A program made the position numbers and the translations under genes. This document shows positions 8,011 to 17,838 of a stretch of DNA of 64,000 nucleotides, in pieces. Every line of letters begins with the position of its first letter. The first letter of the stretch is position 1. The notes below the pieces were generated by a model. It saw only the letters and a program-made list of their open reading frames with translations, had not been told where the DNA came from and ran no database searches. Source of the DNA: Vicinamibacterales bacterium (GTDB lineage Bacteria > Acidobacteriota > Vicinamibacteria > Vicinamibacterales > SCN-69-37); contig JAKFEY010000059.1 in the NCBI GenBank assembly GCA_036675475.1, positions 73,663 through 137,662 of the forward strand, read 5' to 3'.

Positions 8011-9197
8011 GTAAGGTTTTGGCGGCGAAAGGTTTCCGCGACTTTCTGCCGGCGCAGAAGCGGCACAAAGAGCGGTTGATCGATCGCATCCGCGGCCGCT
8101 ATCTCAAGTACGGCTTCGAGGAAATCGAGACGCCCGCGCTCGAGCCCCTCGAGCGCCTGCGCGGCAGCGAGGGCGGCGAGAACCTCGCGCTGATCTTCGA
8201 GATCATGCGCCGCGGCCTGACCGATGAGGATCGCCGCGCCGGCGCGCTGACCGATCTCGGCCTTCGCTACGACCTCACGGTGCCGCTCGCGCGCTTCTAC
8301 GCGTCGAACCGCGCGACGCTGCCGGCGGTGTTTCGCAGCATCCAGATCGGACCGGTGTGGCGCGCCGAGAAGCCGCAGCGCGGCCGCTATCGCCAGTTCA
8401 CGCAGTGCGACATCGACATCCTCGGCGAGAGCTCGCACGTCGCCGAGATCGAGCTGATCCTCGCCACGCTGGAAGCCCTGGCCGACGCGGGACTGCCGGG
8501 CGCCTCGGTGAAACTGAACGACCGGCGGCTGCTCGACGCGGCGCTCGAAGACGCCGGCGTCACCGGCGCCGACAAGCCGCGCGCGCTCATCATGATCGAC
8601 AAGATCGACAAGATCGGGCTCGACGGCGTCGTGGGTCTGTTGCGCGAGGCCTTTCCTGGCGAGCGCGCGACGCGGTTGGGCGACCTGCTCAGCGGCGGGG
8701 CGTCGGCGGCGAGCCCGGAGCTCGACGCCATCATCACGGCCGTGCGCGGGATCGCGGGCGCCGACAGCATCAGCTTCGATCCCACGCTTGTCCGCGGGAT
8801 GGGCTACTACACCGGCCCGATCTTCGAAGTGCGGCATCCAGCGTCGCCCGGATCGGTGGCCGGCGGCGGCCGCTACGACAACATGGTCGGCAAGTTCGCC
8901 GGCGAGAAGGTCCCCGCGTGCGGCTTCTCGATTGGTCTCGACCGGCTGATGGAGATTGCGGCCGAAGACACCGCGGGCGGCGGCCAGGCGTTCGACAAAG
9001 TGGTGTTGATGTTCGAGGACGCGGATCCCCTGCCCGACGTGCTGGCGAGACATCGTCAGCTGCTCGCAAGCGGCAGGACGGTGCGTCTCGTGCGGTCGCC
9101 CCGCAACAAGCAGCGGCTGTTCGACGACCTGAAGAAGGCCGGCTACCAGGGCGTACAGCGGCTCAACGATGATGTGTCCTACTTCCGGGAAGTCTAA
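8007..9197 (+). CDS. hisS: Histidine--tRNA ligase
   Basis: KGFRDFLP; motif 2 RYRQFTQCDIDILG; motif 3 GGGRYDNMV...CGFSIGLDRL. A C-terminal class IIa anticodon-binding domain is present. ATG 8007 overlaps the upstream stop. Confidence 0.9.
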   Translation: MSKVLAAKGFRDFLPAQKRHKERLIDRIRGRYLKYGFEEIETPALEPLERLRGSEGGENLALIFEIMRRGLTDEDRRAGALTDLGLRYDLTVPLARFYASNRATLPAVFRSIQIGPVWRAEKPQRGRYRQFTQCDIDILGESSHVAEIELILATLEALADAGLPGASVKLNDRRLLDAALEDAGVTGADKPRALIMIDKIDKIGLDGVVGLLREAFPGERATRLGDLLSGGASAASPELDAIITAVRGIAGADSISFDPTLVRGMGYYTGPIFEVRHPASPGSVAGGGRYDNMVGKFAGEKVPACGFSIGLDRLMEIAAEDTAGGGQAFDKVVLMFEDADPLPDVLARHRQLLASGRTVRLVRSPRNKQRLFDDLKKAGYQGVQRLNDDVSYFREV

Positions 9198-9203
9198 GCG
9201 GTC

Positions 9204-10970
9204 ATGATTCAGCAGCTCGGCAATCTTTCACGCACGCACACGTGCGGCGCGCTCCGCGCCTCCGACGTCGGCACCGGCGTCGTTCTGCTTGGCTGGGTGC
9301 ACCGCGTGCGCGACCTTGGCGGCCTGCTGTTTTTCGACGTGCGCGATCGCCACGGGATGACGCAGGTCGTGGCGCGCGCCGGCGGCGTGCTGGAGGCGGC
9401 GTCGCAGCTGCGGCCCGAGTTCGTAGTGGCCGTGACCGGGCGCGTGGAGTTGCGCGACGCGAAGAGCGCCAATCCGAAGATGCCGACGGGCGAGGTCGAA
9501 GTCGCCGCCACCGACATCCGCCTGCTGAACGAATCAAAGACGCCGCCGTTTCCGATTACCGACGAAACGAACGTAGGCGAGGACATGCGCCTGCGCTATC
9601 GCTACCTGGATCTGCGGCGGCCGGCGATGCAGCGCAACCTGGAGCTGCGGCACAAGATCGTGCTGGCGACGCGCAACTACTTCGATCGCCACGGCTTCCT
9701 CGAGATCGAGACGCCCATCCTGACGCGATCGACGCCGGAAGGCGCGCGCGACTATCTGGTGCCGAGCCGCGTGCACCCCGGCGAGTTCTTCGCGCTGCCG
9801 CAGTCGCCGCAGATCTTCAAGCAGATCCTCATGGTGGCGGGCATGGATCGCTACTTCCAGATTGTGAAGTGCTTCCGCGACGAGGATCTGCGTGCCGATC
9901 GCCAGCCGGAGTTCACGCAAATCGACGTCGAGATCTCCTTCGCCACCGAAGAACTCGTCTTCGGCATCGTCGAGGGCGTGACGCGCGAGATTTTCGCGGC
10001 AGCCGGCATCGACATCCAGACGCCGTTTCCGCGCGTGTCGTACCACGACGCGATGCACAAGTACGGATCGGACAAGCCGGATCTGCGTGCCGGGATGCCG
10101 ATTGCCGACATCTCCGAGGTCTTCCGCGAGTCCTCATTCTCCGTGTTCCGCGATGCGGTGGCGGGCGGCGGAGCGGTGCGCGCGATTGCCGTGCCGGGCG
10201 CGGCGTCATTTTCGCGCAAGGAGATCGACGAGGTCGTCGACCAGGCGAAACAGGCCGGCGCGTCAGGCCTGGTGTGGGCGCGGCGATCGGCTGAGGGCGC
10301 GATTCAGAGCAGCGCGCTCAAAGCCGCGGGTGAATCGACCATCGCGAACGCGCTCGATGCCGCGGGCGCGGAGAAGGCCGACCTCGTGCTGATGGCGTCG
10401 GGCGAGCCCGAAGCCGCGTCGAAGGTGCTGGGCGCGCTGCGGCTGTCGCTCGCGAAGAAGCTCGGGCTGCTCAATCCGGATCTGTACGCCTTCACCTGGG
10501 TCGTCGACTTCCCGTTGCTCGAATATCACGAGGAGGATGGCCGGTGGTTCTCGATGCACCACCCGTTCACCTCGCCGAAGGCAGAGGATCTCGAGAAGCT
10601 CGAATCGGATCCGGGCGCCGTGCGCGCGCGCGCGTATGACCTCGCGCTCAACGGCAGCGAGATTGCGGGCGGCAGCATCCGCATCCACGACCCCGAGCTG
10701 CAGCGCCGCGTCTTCCGCCGGCTTGGCATCGAAGACGAGGAGGCGCGGGCGCGCTTCGGCTTCTTCCTCGAGGCGCTCGAGTACGGCACGCCGCCGCACG
10801 GCGGCATCGCCTTCGGCGTCGATCGCATGTGCGCGATCCTTGCCGGAGAGGACTCCATCCGCGAAGTCATGGCGTTCCCGAAAACCGCTTCGGCGACCGA
10901 CCTGATGGCCGGCGCGCCGTCGGTGGTCGACGCGAAGCAGCTCAAGGAACTGCACATCAAGGTTGAGTAG
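9204..10970 (+). CDS. aspS: Aspartate--tRNA ligase (bacterial type)
   Basis: 588 aa. OB-fold N-terminus GWVHRVRDLGGLLFFDVRDRHG, FRDEDLRADRQPEFTQID, GGSIRIH, GIAFGVDR. Confidence 0.95.
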   Translation: MIQQLGNLSRTHTCGALRASDVGTGVVLLGWVHRVRDLGGLLFFDVRDRHGMTQVVARAGGVLEAASQLRPEFVVAVTGRVELRDAKSANPKMPTGEVEVAATDIRLLNESKTPPFPITDETNVGEDMRLRYRYLDLRRPAMQRNLELRHKIVLATRNYFDRHGFLEIETPILTRSTPEGARDYLVPSRVHPGEFFALPQSPQIFKQILMVAGMDRYFQIVKCFRDEDLRADRQPEFTQIDVEISFATEELVFGIVEGVTREIFAAAGIDIQTPFPRVSYHDAMHKYGSDKPDLRAGMPIADISEVFRESSFSVFRDAVAGGGAVRAIAVPGAASFSRKEIDEVVDQAKQAGASGLVWARRSAEGAIQSSALKAAGESTIANALDAAGAEKADLVLMASGEPEAASKVLGALRLSLAKKLGLLNPDLYAFTWVVDFPLLEYHEEDGRWFSMHHPFTSPKAEDLEKLESDPGAVRARAYDLALNGSEIAGGSIRIHDPELQRRVFRRLGIEDEEARARFGFFLEALEYGTPPHGGIAFGVDRMCAILAGEDSIREVMAFPKTASATDLMAGAPSVVDAKQLKELHIKVE

Positions 10971-10973
10971 CCG

Positions 10974-11873
10974 GTGACCAGGCTCGGCATCGATCTCGGC
11001 GGCACCAAGATCGAGATCCTCGCGCTTGCGCCCGACGGCACAGAGGCGCTGCGGCTGCGTGTCGACAGCCCGCGCGGCGACTACGACGCGACGCTGCTGG
11101 CGATCGCCGCGCTCGTGCAGCAGGCCGAAGACCAGCTCGGCGTGCGCGGGTGCCGCGTCGGCATCGGCATTCCCGGCATCGAGTCGCCCGCCACCGGACT
11201 CGTCAAGAATGCCAACTCTACCTGGCTCATCGGCCATCGCCTCGGCGCGGATCTCGAGCGCTGGCTTCACCGGCCCGTGCGGCTCGCGAACGACGCCAAC
11301 TGCTTCGCGATTTCCGAAGCGTTCGACGGCGCGGGCGCCGGCGCCCACGGCGTGTTCGGCGTCATTCTCGGCACCGGCGTCGGCGGCGGCATCGTCATCG
11401 ACGGCCGCCCGCTGATCGGCGCGAACGCCATTGCGGGAGAGTGGGGGCACAACCCGCTGCCGTGGCCGGAGGATGACGAGCGTCCCGGCCCTCAGTGCTA
11501 TTGCGGCCGTTCCGGGTGCATCGAGCAGTTCCTGTCGGGCCCAGCGCTGGAGGCCGACTTCGCGCGGAAAAGTGGCGAGGCTTTGCGCGCGCCGGAGATC
11601 GCCGCCGCCGCACAGGACGGCCATCCCGCCGCTGTCGCGACGCTTACGCGGTACGAGCACCGGCTCGGCCGCGCGCTTGCAGGCATCATTAACGTGCTCG
11701 ATCCCGACGTCATTGTCCTCGGCGGCGGATTGTCGAACATCGACCGTCTGTACGCGAACGTACCGGCGCTATGGTCGCGCTGGGTCTTTTCGGACCACGT
11801 CGCCACGAAGCTCATGAAGAATGTGCACGGAGATTCGAGCGGCGTCCGGGGTGCCGCGCGCCTCTGGCCCTGA
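10974..11873 (+). CDS. mak: ROK-family sugar kinase (Mak-type fructo/mannokinase-like)
   Basis: [34 protein letters not shown], zinc motif [26 protein letters not shown]. Colinear with E. coli Mak as I recall it. GTG start. Confidence 0.8.
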   Translation: MTRLGIDLGGTKIEILALAPDGTEALRLRVDSPRGDYDATLLAIAALVQQAEDQLGVRGCRVGIGIPGIESPATGLVKNANSTWLIGHRLGADLERWLHRPVRLANDANCFAISEAFDGAGAGAHGVFGVILGTGVGGGIVIDGRPLIGANAIAGEWGHNPLPWPEDDERPGPQCYCGRSGCIEQFLSGPALEADFARKSGEALRAPEIAAAAQDGHPAAVATLTRYEHRLGRALAGIINVLDPDVIVLGGGLSNIDRLYANVPALWSRWVFSDHVATKLMKNVHGDSSGVRGAARLWP

Positions 11874-12924
11874 GCCGGGTAGAATCAGAGAACTGGAGTC
11901 CGCCATCGCCACGACTGTCACCCGCAAAGTCGCCATCCCTGACGAGGGGCTCGAATCGCTCTACGGAGCGCTCGACGAGAACCTCAAGCAGCTCGAACAG
12001 GCGTTCAACGTCCGCATCTCCACCGCGCACCGCGAGCTGATCATCGAAGGCGACGCCGGCGATGCCGGGCGCGCCGAGCGCGTGCTCGATCAGCTCACCG
12101 ATCTGCTGCGCGACGGCTATCGCTTCGCCAAGGGCGACGTGAAGACGGCGGTGCAACTGGTCAAGCAGGATCCGGACGTCGACCTGCAGGATTACTTCAA
12201 GCCCGACGATCAGCGCGACGCGAAGGGTGGTGCCGCCGGCCCTGGCCGTCCGGTCGGCCGCAAGCAGATCGCGCCGAAGACCGTCAACCAGAAGAAGTAT
12301 CTCGAGGCGATCGAAAAGCACGACATCGTGTTTGGCGTCGGCCCGGCCGGCACCGGCAAGACCTACCTCGCGATGGCGCAGGCGGTGTCGTTCCTGCTCG
12401 CGAAGAAGGTGACGCGCATCATCATGGCGCGCCCCGCCGTGGAAGCGGGCGAGCGCCTCGGCTTCCTTCCGGGCGACCTGCAGGAAAAGGTCAATCCGTA
12501 CCTGCGTCCGCTGTACGACGCCCTCTACGACATGCTCGAAGTCGAGCGCGTGGCGCGCCTGCTCGAGCGCGGCATCGTGGAAGTCGCGCCGATCGCGTTC
12601 ATGCGCGGCCGCACGCTCAACGACGCGTTCGTGATTCTTGACGAGGCGCAGAACACCACGTCGGAGCAGATGAAGATGTTCCTGACGCGACTCGGCTTTG
12701 GATCGAAGGCGGTCATTACCGGCGACATCACCCAGATCGACCTGCCGGCCGGCAAGGGCTCCGGGCTGGTCGAGGCGCTCAAAGTGGTGCGCAACATCGA
12801 CGGCATCTCGCAGGTGTACTTCGACGACAAGGACGTGGTGCGCCACACGCTCGTGCAGCAGATCGTCAAGGCCTATGAAGCCTTCTCGCCGGAAGGCGCG
12901 CCGCGCAATGCCCCGCCGCGGTAA
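11821..12924 (+). CDS. phoH: PhoH-family ATPase
   Basis: Walker [36 protein letters not shown]. The start is uncertain. ATG 11821 overlaps the kinase gene by 53 nt; alternatives are GTG 11851 or CTG 11893. Confidence 0.85.
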   Translation: MCTEIRAASGVPRASGPEPGRIRELESAIATTVTRKVAIPDEGLESLYGALDENLKQLEQAFNVRISTAHRELIIEGDAGDAGRAERVLDQLTDLLRDGYRFAKGDVKTAVQLVKQDPDVDLQDYFKPDDQRDAKGGAAGPGRPVGRKQIAPKTVNQKKYLEAIEKHDIVFGVGPAGTGKTYLAMAQAVSFLLAKKVTRIIMARPAVEAGERLGFLPGDLQEKVNPYLRPLYDALYDMLEVERVARLLERGIVEVAPIAFMRGRTLNDAFVILDEAQNTTSEQMKMFLTRLGFGSKAVITGDITQIDLPAGKGSGLVEALKVVRNIDGISQVYFDDKDVVRHTLVQQIVKAYEAFSPEGAPRNAPPR

Positions 12925-12985
12925 TTCTACCCGGTTGAATTACCCCGGTTCCTCAACCGGGGAAATTCAACCGGGTAGAATTACC
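12920..12985. repeat. 31-bp-arm hairpin (30/31 paired, 4-nt loop) with internally duplicated arms
   Basis: GGTAATTCTACCCGGTTGAATTACCCCGGTT cctc AACCGGGGAAATTCAACCGGGTAGAATTACC. Each arm is a ~14-15-nt unit (AATTnnn CCCGGTT) repeated twice. It contains the phoH stop (12922-24) and both candidate ybeY starts. Confidence 0.85.
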
Positions 12986-13423
12986 GTCGCCGTCACCGAC
13001 GGCCGCGGGCGCGCCATTGCCGACGGCGGCCTCGCGCGCTGGCTGCGCGGGATCGCGCCGGCCCGCGTCGGCGGCGAGCTGTCGGTGGCCATCGTCACCG
13101 ACGCCCACATCCACAAGCTGAATCGCGCCTATCGCCGCGTCGACACACCGACCGACGTGCTGTCGTTTCCAGCCGACACGCCGGGAGTCCTCGGTGACGT
13201 GGTGATTGCGCGTGGCGTCGCCGCGCGGCAGGCTCGGGAGCACGGTCATGCCTTAAGAACCGAGCTGCGCATTCTTGCACTCCACGGCCTTCTGCACCTC
13301 ATCGGCTACGATCACGACGACGTGAACGATGGTGGACGGATGCGGCGAACCGAGGAGCGGCTGCGGCGGAAGGGCGGCCTTCCGGCCAGCCTGACCGGAC
13401 GGGCGACGCGCGCCGGCAAATGA
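12935..13423 (+). CDS. ybeY: rRNA maturation endoribonuclease YbeY
   Basis: Zinc motif HGLLHLIGYDH, DVLSFP. No ATG or GTG is available. TTG 12935 (or ATT 12980) lies inside the hairpin, so the start is uncertain. The stop overlaps the next start (ATGA). Confidence 0.8.
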   Translation: MNYPGSSTGEIQPGRITVAVTDGRGRAIADGGLARWLRGIAPARVGGELSVAIVTDAHIHKLNRAYRRVDTPTDVLSFPADTPGVLGDVVIARGVAARQAREHGHALRTELRILALHGLLHLIGYDHDDVNDGGRMRRTEERLRRKGGLPASLTGRATRAGK

Positions 13424-14658
13424 TCCCGCTGCTGTTGTTTCTGGTGGGAGCCGCGACCATCTATGTCGCGCTCGTCGAAACCGCGTTCGCGGCGGTGATG
13501 CGGCTCTCGCTGCGCCTGATCGCCGAGCGAAGCGGCCGGCGCGCGCGCCTGGATCGCTACCTCGAAGATCCCCTGCTGATCTTCGTGCCCGCGCGCCTCG
13601 TGCGCGGCATTCTCACCATCGCCGCGCTTGCGCTGCTGTCGATCTATGTGCCCGCGGGATGGGGCGGCGCCGGCGTGCTGTTCGCGGCGGGCATGGCGTA
13701 CTGGCTCGTGTTCGGGCAGCTGGTGCCGACGCTGCTGGTCAGCCGCGATCCCGAGCGCGTGCTCGCGATTCTGCTGCCGTCGTTCTCGGCGATCGCCACG
13801 CTGGTGGCCCCCCTGACGGCCCTGGTCGGCGGACTGATTCGTCCGCTCGATCACGGCGAGAATGGCGCCGAAGACGCAGCTGCCGCCAACGGCGACGACA
13901 CCAACGGCGATGCGGTGACCGAGGGGGACGAGCGCAAGCTGCTTCGATCCGTCGTCGACTTCGGCGACACGCTCGTGCGCGAAGTCATGACGCCGCGTCC
14001 CGACATCGTCGCGATCAAGGCGGAGCAGACGGTGCGCGACTTGAAGGCGCTCGTCTCGCAGCAGGAGTACTCGCGCATTCCGGTGTATCGCGAGAACCTC
14101 GACAACATCGTGGGACTGGTCGTGGTGAAGGATCTGCTGCAGACCGACCACTGGCCGTCGCTCGATCAGCCCGTCGAGGGCCTGATGCGCCAGGCGATGT
14201 TCGTGCCCGACACCAAGCGCGTCGCCGGCTTGCTGCGTGAGTTTCAGCAGCGCCGGGATCAGCTCGCCATCGTCGTGGACGAGTACGGCGGCACCGCCGG
14301 CCTCGTGACCATCGAGGATTTGCTCGAAGAGCTCGTCGGCGAGATTCGCGACGAGTACGACACCGAGGCGGAGCCGATCGTGCGCGAGGCGGAGGACACG
14401 TTCGTCTTCAGCGCGAAGGTGGGTATCGATGACTTCGCGGAGGCGCTGGGCGTGGAGATCGAAGGGGACGGCTTTGAAACGGTTGGCGGATGGCTGCTCG
14501 CGCGCGTCGGGCGCGTGCCCGCGGTGAGCGAGCGCTTCGAGTTCGACGGCCTCGGCATCGAGGTGCTCGAGGCCGAGCGACGCCGCATTCATCGCGTCCG
14601 CGTGACGCGCCTCGCCGCGGTTGCGGGCGCCGAGGACGATCTCGAGGGCGAACGATGA
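13420..14658 (+). CDS. Hemolysin-family/CNNM protein (DUF21 TM domain + CBS pair + CorC_HlyC)
   Basis: N-terminal TM domain, then VREVMTPRPDIV (CBS pair), then C-terminal GGWLLARVGRVP...IEVLE (CorC/HlyC transporter-associated domain). Confidence 0.85.
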   Translation: MIPLLLFLVGAATIYVALVETAFAAVMRLSLRLIAERSGRRARLDRYLEDPLLIFVPARLVRGILTIAALALLSIYVPAGWGGAGVLFAAGMAYWLVFGQLVPTLLVSRDPERVLAILLPSFSAIATLVAPLTALVGGLIRPLDHGENGAEDAAAANGDDTNGDAVTEGDERKLLRSVVDFGDTLVREVMTPRPDIVAIKAEQTVRDLKALVSQQEYSRIPVYRENLDNIVGLVVVKDLLQTDHWPSLDQPVEGLMRQAMFVPDTKRVAGLLREFQQRRDQLAIVVDEYGGTAGLVTIEDLLEELVGEIRDEYDTEAEPIVREAEDTFVFSAKVGIDDFAEALGVEIEGDGFETVGGWLLARVGRVPAVSERFEFDGLGIEVLEAERRRIHRVRVTRLAAVAGAEDDLEGER

Positions 14659-15644
14659 AGTCCGGGTTTGTAGCGCTGGTGGGCCGGCCGAACGCAGGGA
14701 AGTCGACGCTGCTCAATCGTCTCGTCGGCGCGAAGCTCGCCATCGTCTCGGACAAGCCGCAGACGACACGCCACCGCATACTCGGCGTGAAGACCGACGA
14801 GCAGGGGCAGGTGCTGTACATCGACACGCCCGGCATTCACCGGCCGCTGCACAAACTGAACGTGCGCATGGTGGATGCGGCGCTCGAGAGCCTGCGCGAA
14901 ACCGAAGTCGTCGTGCTGCTGGTCGACGCCTCGCTCAAGACCGGCGCCGGCGACAACTTCGTCATCGCGCGGCTCAGGGAGCTGGACGCGACGAGCCGGA
15001 GTGGGGCGCAGGGGGCCCCGCGAGGCGAGGAGCCAGGCGGGGTGCAGGGGCCCCCGCCGGAGAGAAAAGACGCGAAAGTGCCGGTCATTCTCGCGCTCAA
15101 TAAGATCGATCTGGTCAAGAAAACGGACCTGCTTCCGCTGATGGCGCACTATCAGAAGGCCATGGATTTCGCCGCCATCGTGCCGATTTCGGCCTGGAGC
15201 GGCGAGAACGTCGACACGCTCGAGCAGGAAATCCGCAGCCGGCTGCCCGAGAGCGAGCCGTTGTATCCGGACGACTACCTCACCGATCAGCCCCAGCGCG
15301 TGCTCGCCGCCGAGACCGTGCGCGAGAAGCTGCTGATGAACACCCGCGACGAGCTGCCCTTCACAACCGCCGTGGTCGTCGATCAGTTCGAGGAGCCCGA
15401 GCACCCGAAGGCGCCGTACCGCATCTATTGCACCATCCTCGTCGAGAACGAATCCCAGAAGCCCATCGTCGTGGGCAAGGCCGGCTCGATGATCAAGCGC
15501 ATCGGCACCGAGGCGCGCCTCGATCTCGAGAAGGCGCTCGAGAGCAAGGTGTACCTGGATTTGCACGTGAAGGTGAAGGCCGACTGGCGCGACAACGAGC
15601 GATTCCTCGACGAGCTCGGCATGCCCCCGCAGCGCCGGCGGTAG
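14655..15644 (+). CDS. era: GTPase Era
   Basis: G1 GRPNAGKST, G3 DTPG, G4 NKID, C-terminal KH domain (VVGKAGSMIKRIG). ATGA overlap with the upstream gene. Carries a ~30-aa low-complexity insertion between G3 and G4. Confidence 0.95.
   Translation: MKSGFVALVGRPNAGKSTLLNRLVGAKLAIVSDKPQTTRHRILGVKTDEQGQVLYIDTPGIHRPLHKLNVRMVDAALESLRETEVVVLLVDASLKTGAGDNFVIARLRELDATSRSGAQGAPRGEEPGGVQGPPPERKDAKVPVILALNKIDLVKKTDLLPLMAHYQKAMDFAAIVPISAWSGENVDTLEQEIRSRLPESEPLYPDDYLTDQPQRVLAAETVREKLLMNTRDELPFTTAVVVDQFEEPEHPKAPYRIYCTILVENESQKPIVVGKAGSMIKRIGTEARLDLEKALESKVYLDLHVKVKADWRDNERFLDELGMPPQRRR
15003..15058. repeat. Two tandem copies of the GC-rich motif GGGG[TC]GCAGGGG[N]CCCCGC inside era
   Basis: GGGGCGCAGGGGGCCCCGCG (15003-22) and GGGGTGCAGGGGCCCCCGCC (15039-58). 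The latter can form a GGCGGGG/CCCCGCC stem. Confidence 0.6.
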
Positions 15645-15680
15645 TGCCGTATACGATAAACATGTGATACCGTCGTCGTC

Positions 15681-16001
15681 ATGCGGAAAGCGGTCTCCGT
15701 CACGCTCGACGAGCTCAACCTGCTCTGGCTCAAAGGGCGGGCGATCGCTGCGAAGGACAGCCTCAGCGAGGTGCTCGACCGCCTCGTGACGCGCGCGCGC
15801 CAATCCGGCCCTGCCGAGCCGCGCGCCATGCGCTCGGTCAGGGGAACCATCGACTTTCCGGTCGACGACGAGAGCCTTGCGGAGATGGATGCGTTCGTGC
15901 GGGCGAGTTTCGAAGAGTCGTTCGAGCGGACGGCCAGGATGCTTCGCGAGACGCCGCCACGCTATCGGGCCCGGAAAGTGCGAAAGCGCAAGGCACGCTG
16001 A
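15681..16001 (+). CDS. Type II antitoxin, ribbon-helix-helix (VapB-like)
   Basis: 106 aa. N-terminal RKAVSVTLDELNLLWLKGRA fits an RHH strand-helix. The stop overlaps the PIN gene start by 1 nt (TGATG). Confidence 0.7.
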   Translation: MRKAVSVTLDELNLLWLKGRAIAAKDSLSEVLDRLVTRARQSGPAEPRAMRSVRGTIDFPVDDESLAEMDAFVRASFEESFERTARMLRETPPRYRARKVRKRKAR

Positions 16002-16399
16002 TGGCGGCCGCGGTCAGCGACACGCACGCGCTGCTGTTTCACGCCGTTCAACATTCCAGACTCGGTAAACGGGCCGCGGCGCATTTCGACGCCTGCGAGC
16101 GCCAGCAGGCGATCACGTACGTCCCGGTCGCCGTCATCTGGGAACTGGCGTACCTGGTCCGGGCAGGCCGGGGCAACCTGCGCCGCTCCGCGCGTGAGTT
16201 CTTCACGGATCTTTTCAGCAACCCCTCCTATCAGCCGTACGACATCAGCAGCGAGCAGGCCTTCATCGCGGCCGACATCGGTCTCGGCCGCGATCCCTTC
16301 GACGCGCTCATCACGGCCGCGGCCATCGACCTCGACCTCCCGCTGATCACGCGCGACGAGGCGATCGTCGCGTCGAAGCGTGTGCGAACCCTCTGGTAG
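16001..16399 (+). CDS. vapC: Type II toxin, PIN-domain ribonuclease (VapC family)
   Basis: 132 aa. The conserved acidic positions are in SDTHALLF, WELAYL, and RDPFDALITAAAI...ITRD, typical of VapC-type PIN domains. Confidence 0.8.
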   Translation: MAAAVSDTHALLFHAVQHSRLGKRAAAHFDACERQQAITYVPVAVIWELAYLVRAGRGNLRRSAREFFTDLFSNPSYQPYDISSEQAFIAADIGLGRDPFDALITAAAIDLDLPLITRDEAIVASKRVRTLW

Positions 16400-16462
16400 T
16401 TCCGGTCACGATTTAGGCGTGCCCGCGCCCGTAAGTCCGTGCTACGCTGCGAAGTTACGACC

Positions 16463-17827
16463 ATGCCGCCGACGCGCAGACTCGATATCGTGCTCGACTC
16501 GGTTCGCCGGCTCCAACGCATGGGGGCCACGGGGAACCTGGTCAACCTGCTGCAGAAGCAGTACCCCGCGGACCTCGCGCAGGTCTTCAGCGAGCTGCAG
16601 GATCGCGAGCGCCACGCGGCGTTCTCGCTGCTGCTCGAGCGCAACTCGCGCCTCGCCGCCGAAACGATCGCCGAGCTCGGACCCGAAATCTCGGCTGAAC
16701 TGCTCGCCGATCGCCCCGCCGAAGAAATCGCGCGCCTGGTGCAGGAGCTGCCGTCCGACGACGCGGCGGCCATCATCGACAACCTGCCCGAGGAGCTGTC
16801 GACCGCCGTCGTCGAACTGATCAAGCCGAAGCCGGGTGGCGGCGTCGGCGATCTGCTCGAGTATCCCGAGCAGACCGCCGGCCGCATCATGAACCCGAAC
16901 GTCTTCGCGCTGGCCGAAGACCTGACGGCGGGCGAGGCCATCATCGAGCTGCAGCAGTCGCGCGAAGTGGAGATGGTGTTCTATCTCTACGCCGTCGACG
17001 CGCGCCGGCACCTGGTCGGGGTCGTCTCGCTGCGGCGCCTGCTGCTGGTGCCGCCCTCCACGCCCCTCAAGCGCATCATGACCACCGACATGATCGCGGT
17101 GCGCGACGACGTGGACCAGGAAGAAGTCGCGCGGCAGGTGGCGTCGTACAACCTGCTCGCGGTGCCGGTCGTCGACGCCGAGAACAAACTGGTCGGCGTC
17201 ATCACCGTCGACGACGTCATCGACGTCATCAAGGACGAGGCCACCGAAGACGTCTTCCGCCTGGCCGGCGTGTCGATCGACGACGGCGTTCTGACGCCGC
17301 CGGGCGAGTCGCTGAAGCGGCGCCTGCCGTGGCTGGGCGTCAACCTGTTCACCGCCTTTGCGGCGGCCTTTGTCGTCAGCCGGTTCGAGGCCACGATCGA
17401 ACGCATCACGGCGCTCGCCATCCTCATGCCCATCGTCGCCGGCATGGGCGGCAACGCCGCCACTCAGACCCTGACGGTGATCGTGCGCGGCATCGCGCTG
17501 GGCGAGCTGTCGTTCAGCAACGCGCGCAAAGCGCTGTTCAAGGAAAGCCTGGTCGGCCTCGGCAACGGCATCGCGCTCGGCATTGTCGCGGGTCTCGTGG
17601 CGTGGGCGTGGCAAGGCGAGCCGAAGATCGGCCTCATCCTCGGCGCGGCCATGATCATCAACATGTTCGTCGCGGCCACTGCGGGCACGCTCATCCCGCT
17701 CGGCCTGCGCGCGCTGAAGGTGGATCCGGCCCTCGCCTCGTCGGTCTTCATCACGACGCTCACCGACGTGTTCGGCTTCCTCGCCTTCCTCGGCCTGGCG
17801 CACGCGTTCCTCGGCAACCTCGGATAA
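16463..17827 (+). CDS. mgtE: Magnesium transporter MgtE
   Basis: MgtE N-domain, CBS pair (IMNPNVFAL..., IMTTDMIAV...), C-terminal 5-TM domain ([25 protein letters not shown]). ATG 16463 is preferred over GTG 16439. Confidence 0.9.
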   Translation: MPPTRRLDIVLDSVRRLQRMGATGNLVNLLQKQYPADLAQVFSELQDRERHAAFSLLLERNSRLAAETIAELGPEISAELLADRPAEEIARLVQELPSDDAAAIIDNLPEELSTAVVELIKPKPGGGVGDLLEYPEQTAGRIMNPNVFALAEDLTAGEAIIELQQSREVEMVFYLYAVDARRHLVGVVSLRRLLLVPPSTPLKRIMTTDMIAVRDDVDQEEVARQVASYNLLAVPVVDAENKLVGVITVDDVIDVIKDEATEDVFRLAGVSIDDGVLTPPGESLKRRLPWLGVNLFTAFAAAFVVSRFEATIERITALAILMPIVAGMGGNAATQTLTVIVRGIALGELSFSNARKALFKESLVGLGNGIALGIVAGLVAWAWQGEPKIGLILGAAMIINMFVAATAGTLIPLGLRALKVDPALASSVFITTLTDVFGFLAFLGLAHAFLGNLG

Positions 17828-17838
17828 TCTCGCCCCCC

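Noticed and set aside
16400-16462. Possible Mg2+ riboswitch (M-box) upstream of mgtE
   Set aside because: The intergenic space is only ~64 nt, far shorter than an M-box aptamer, and I see no matching helices.
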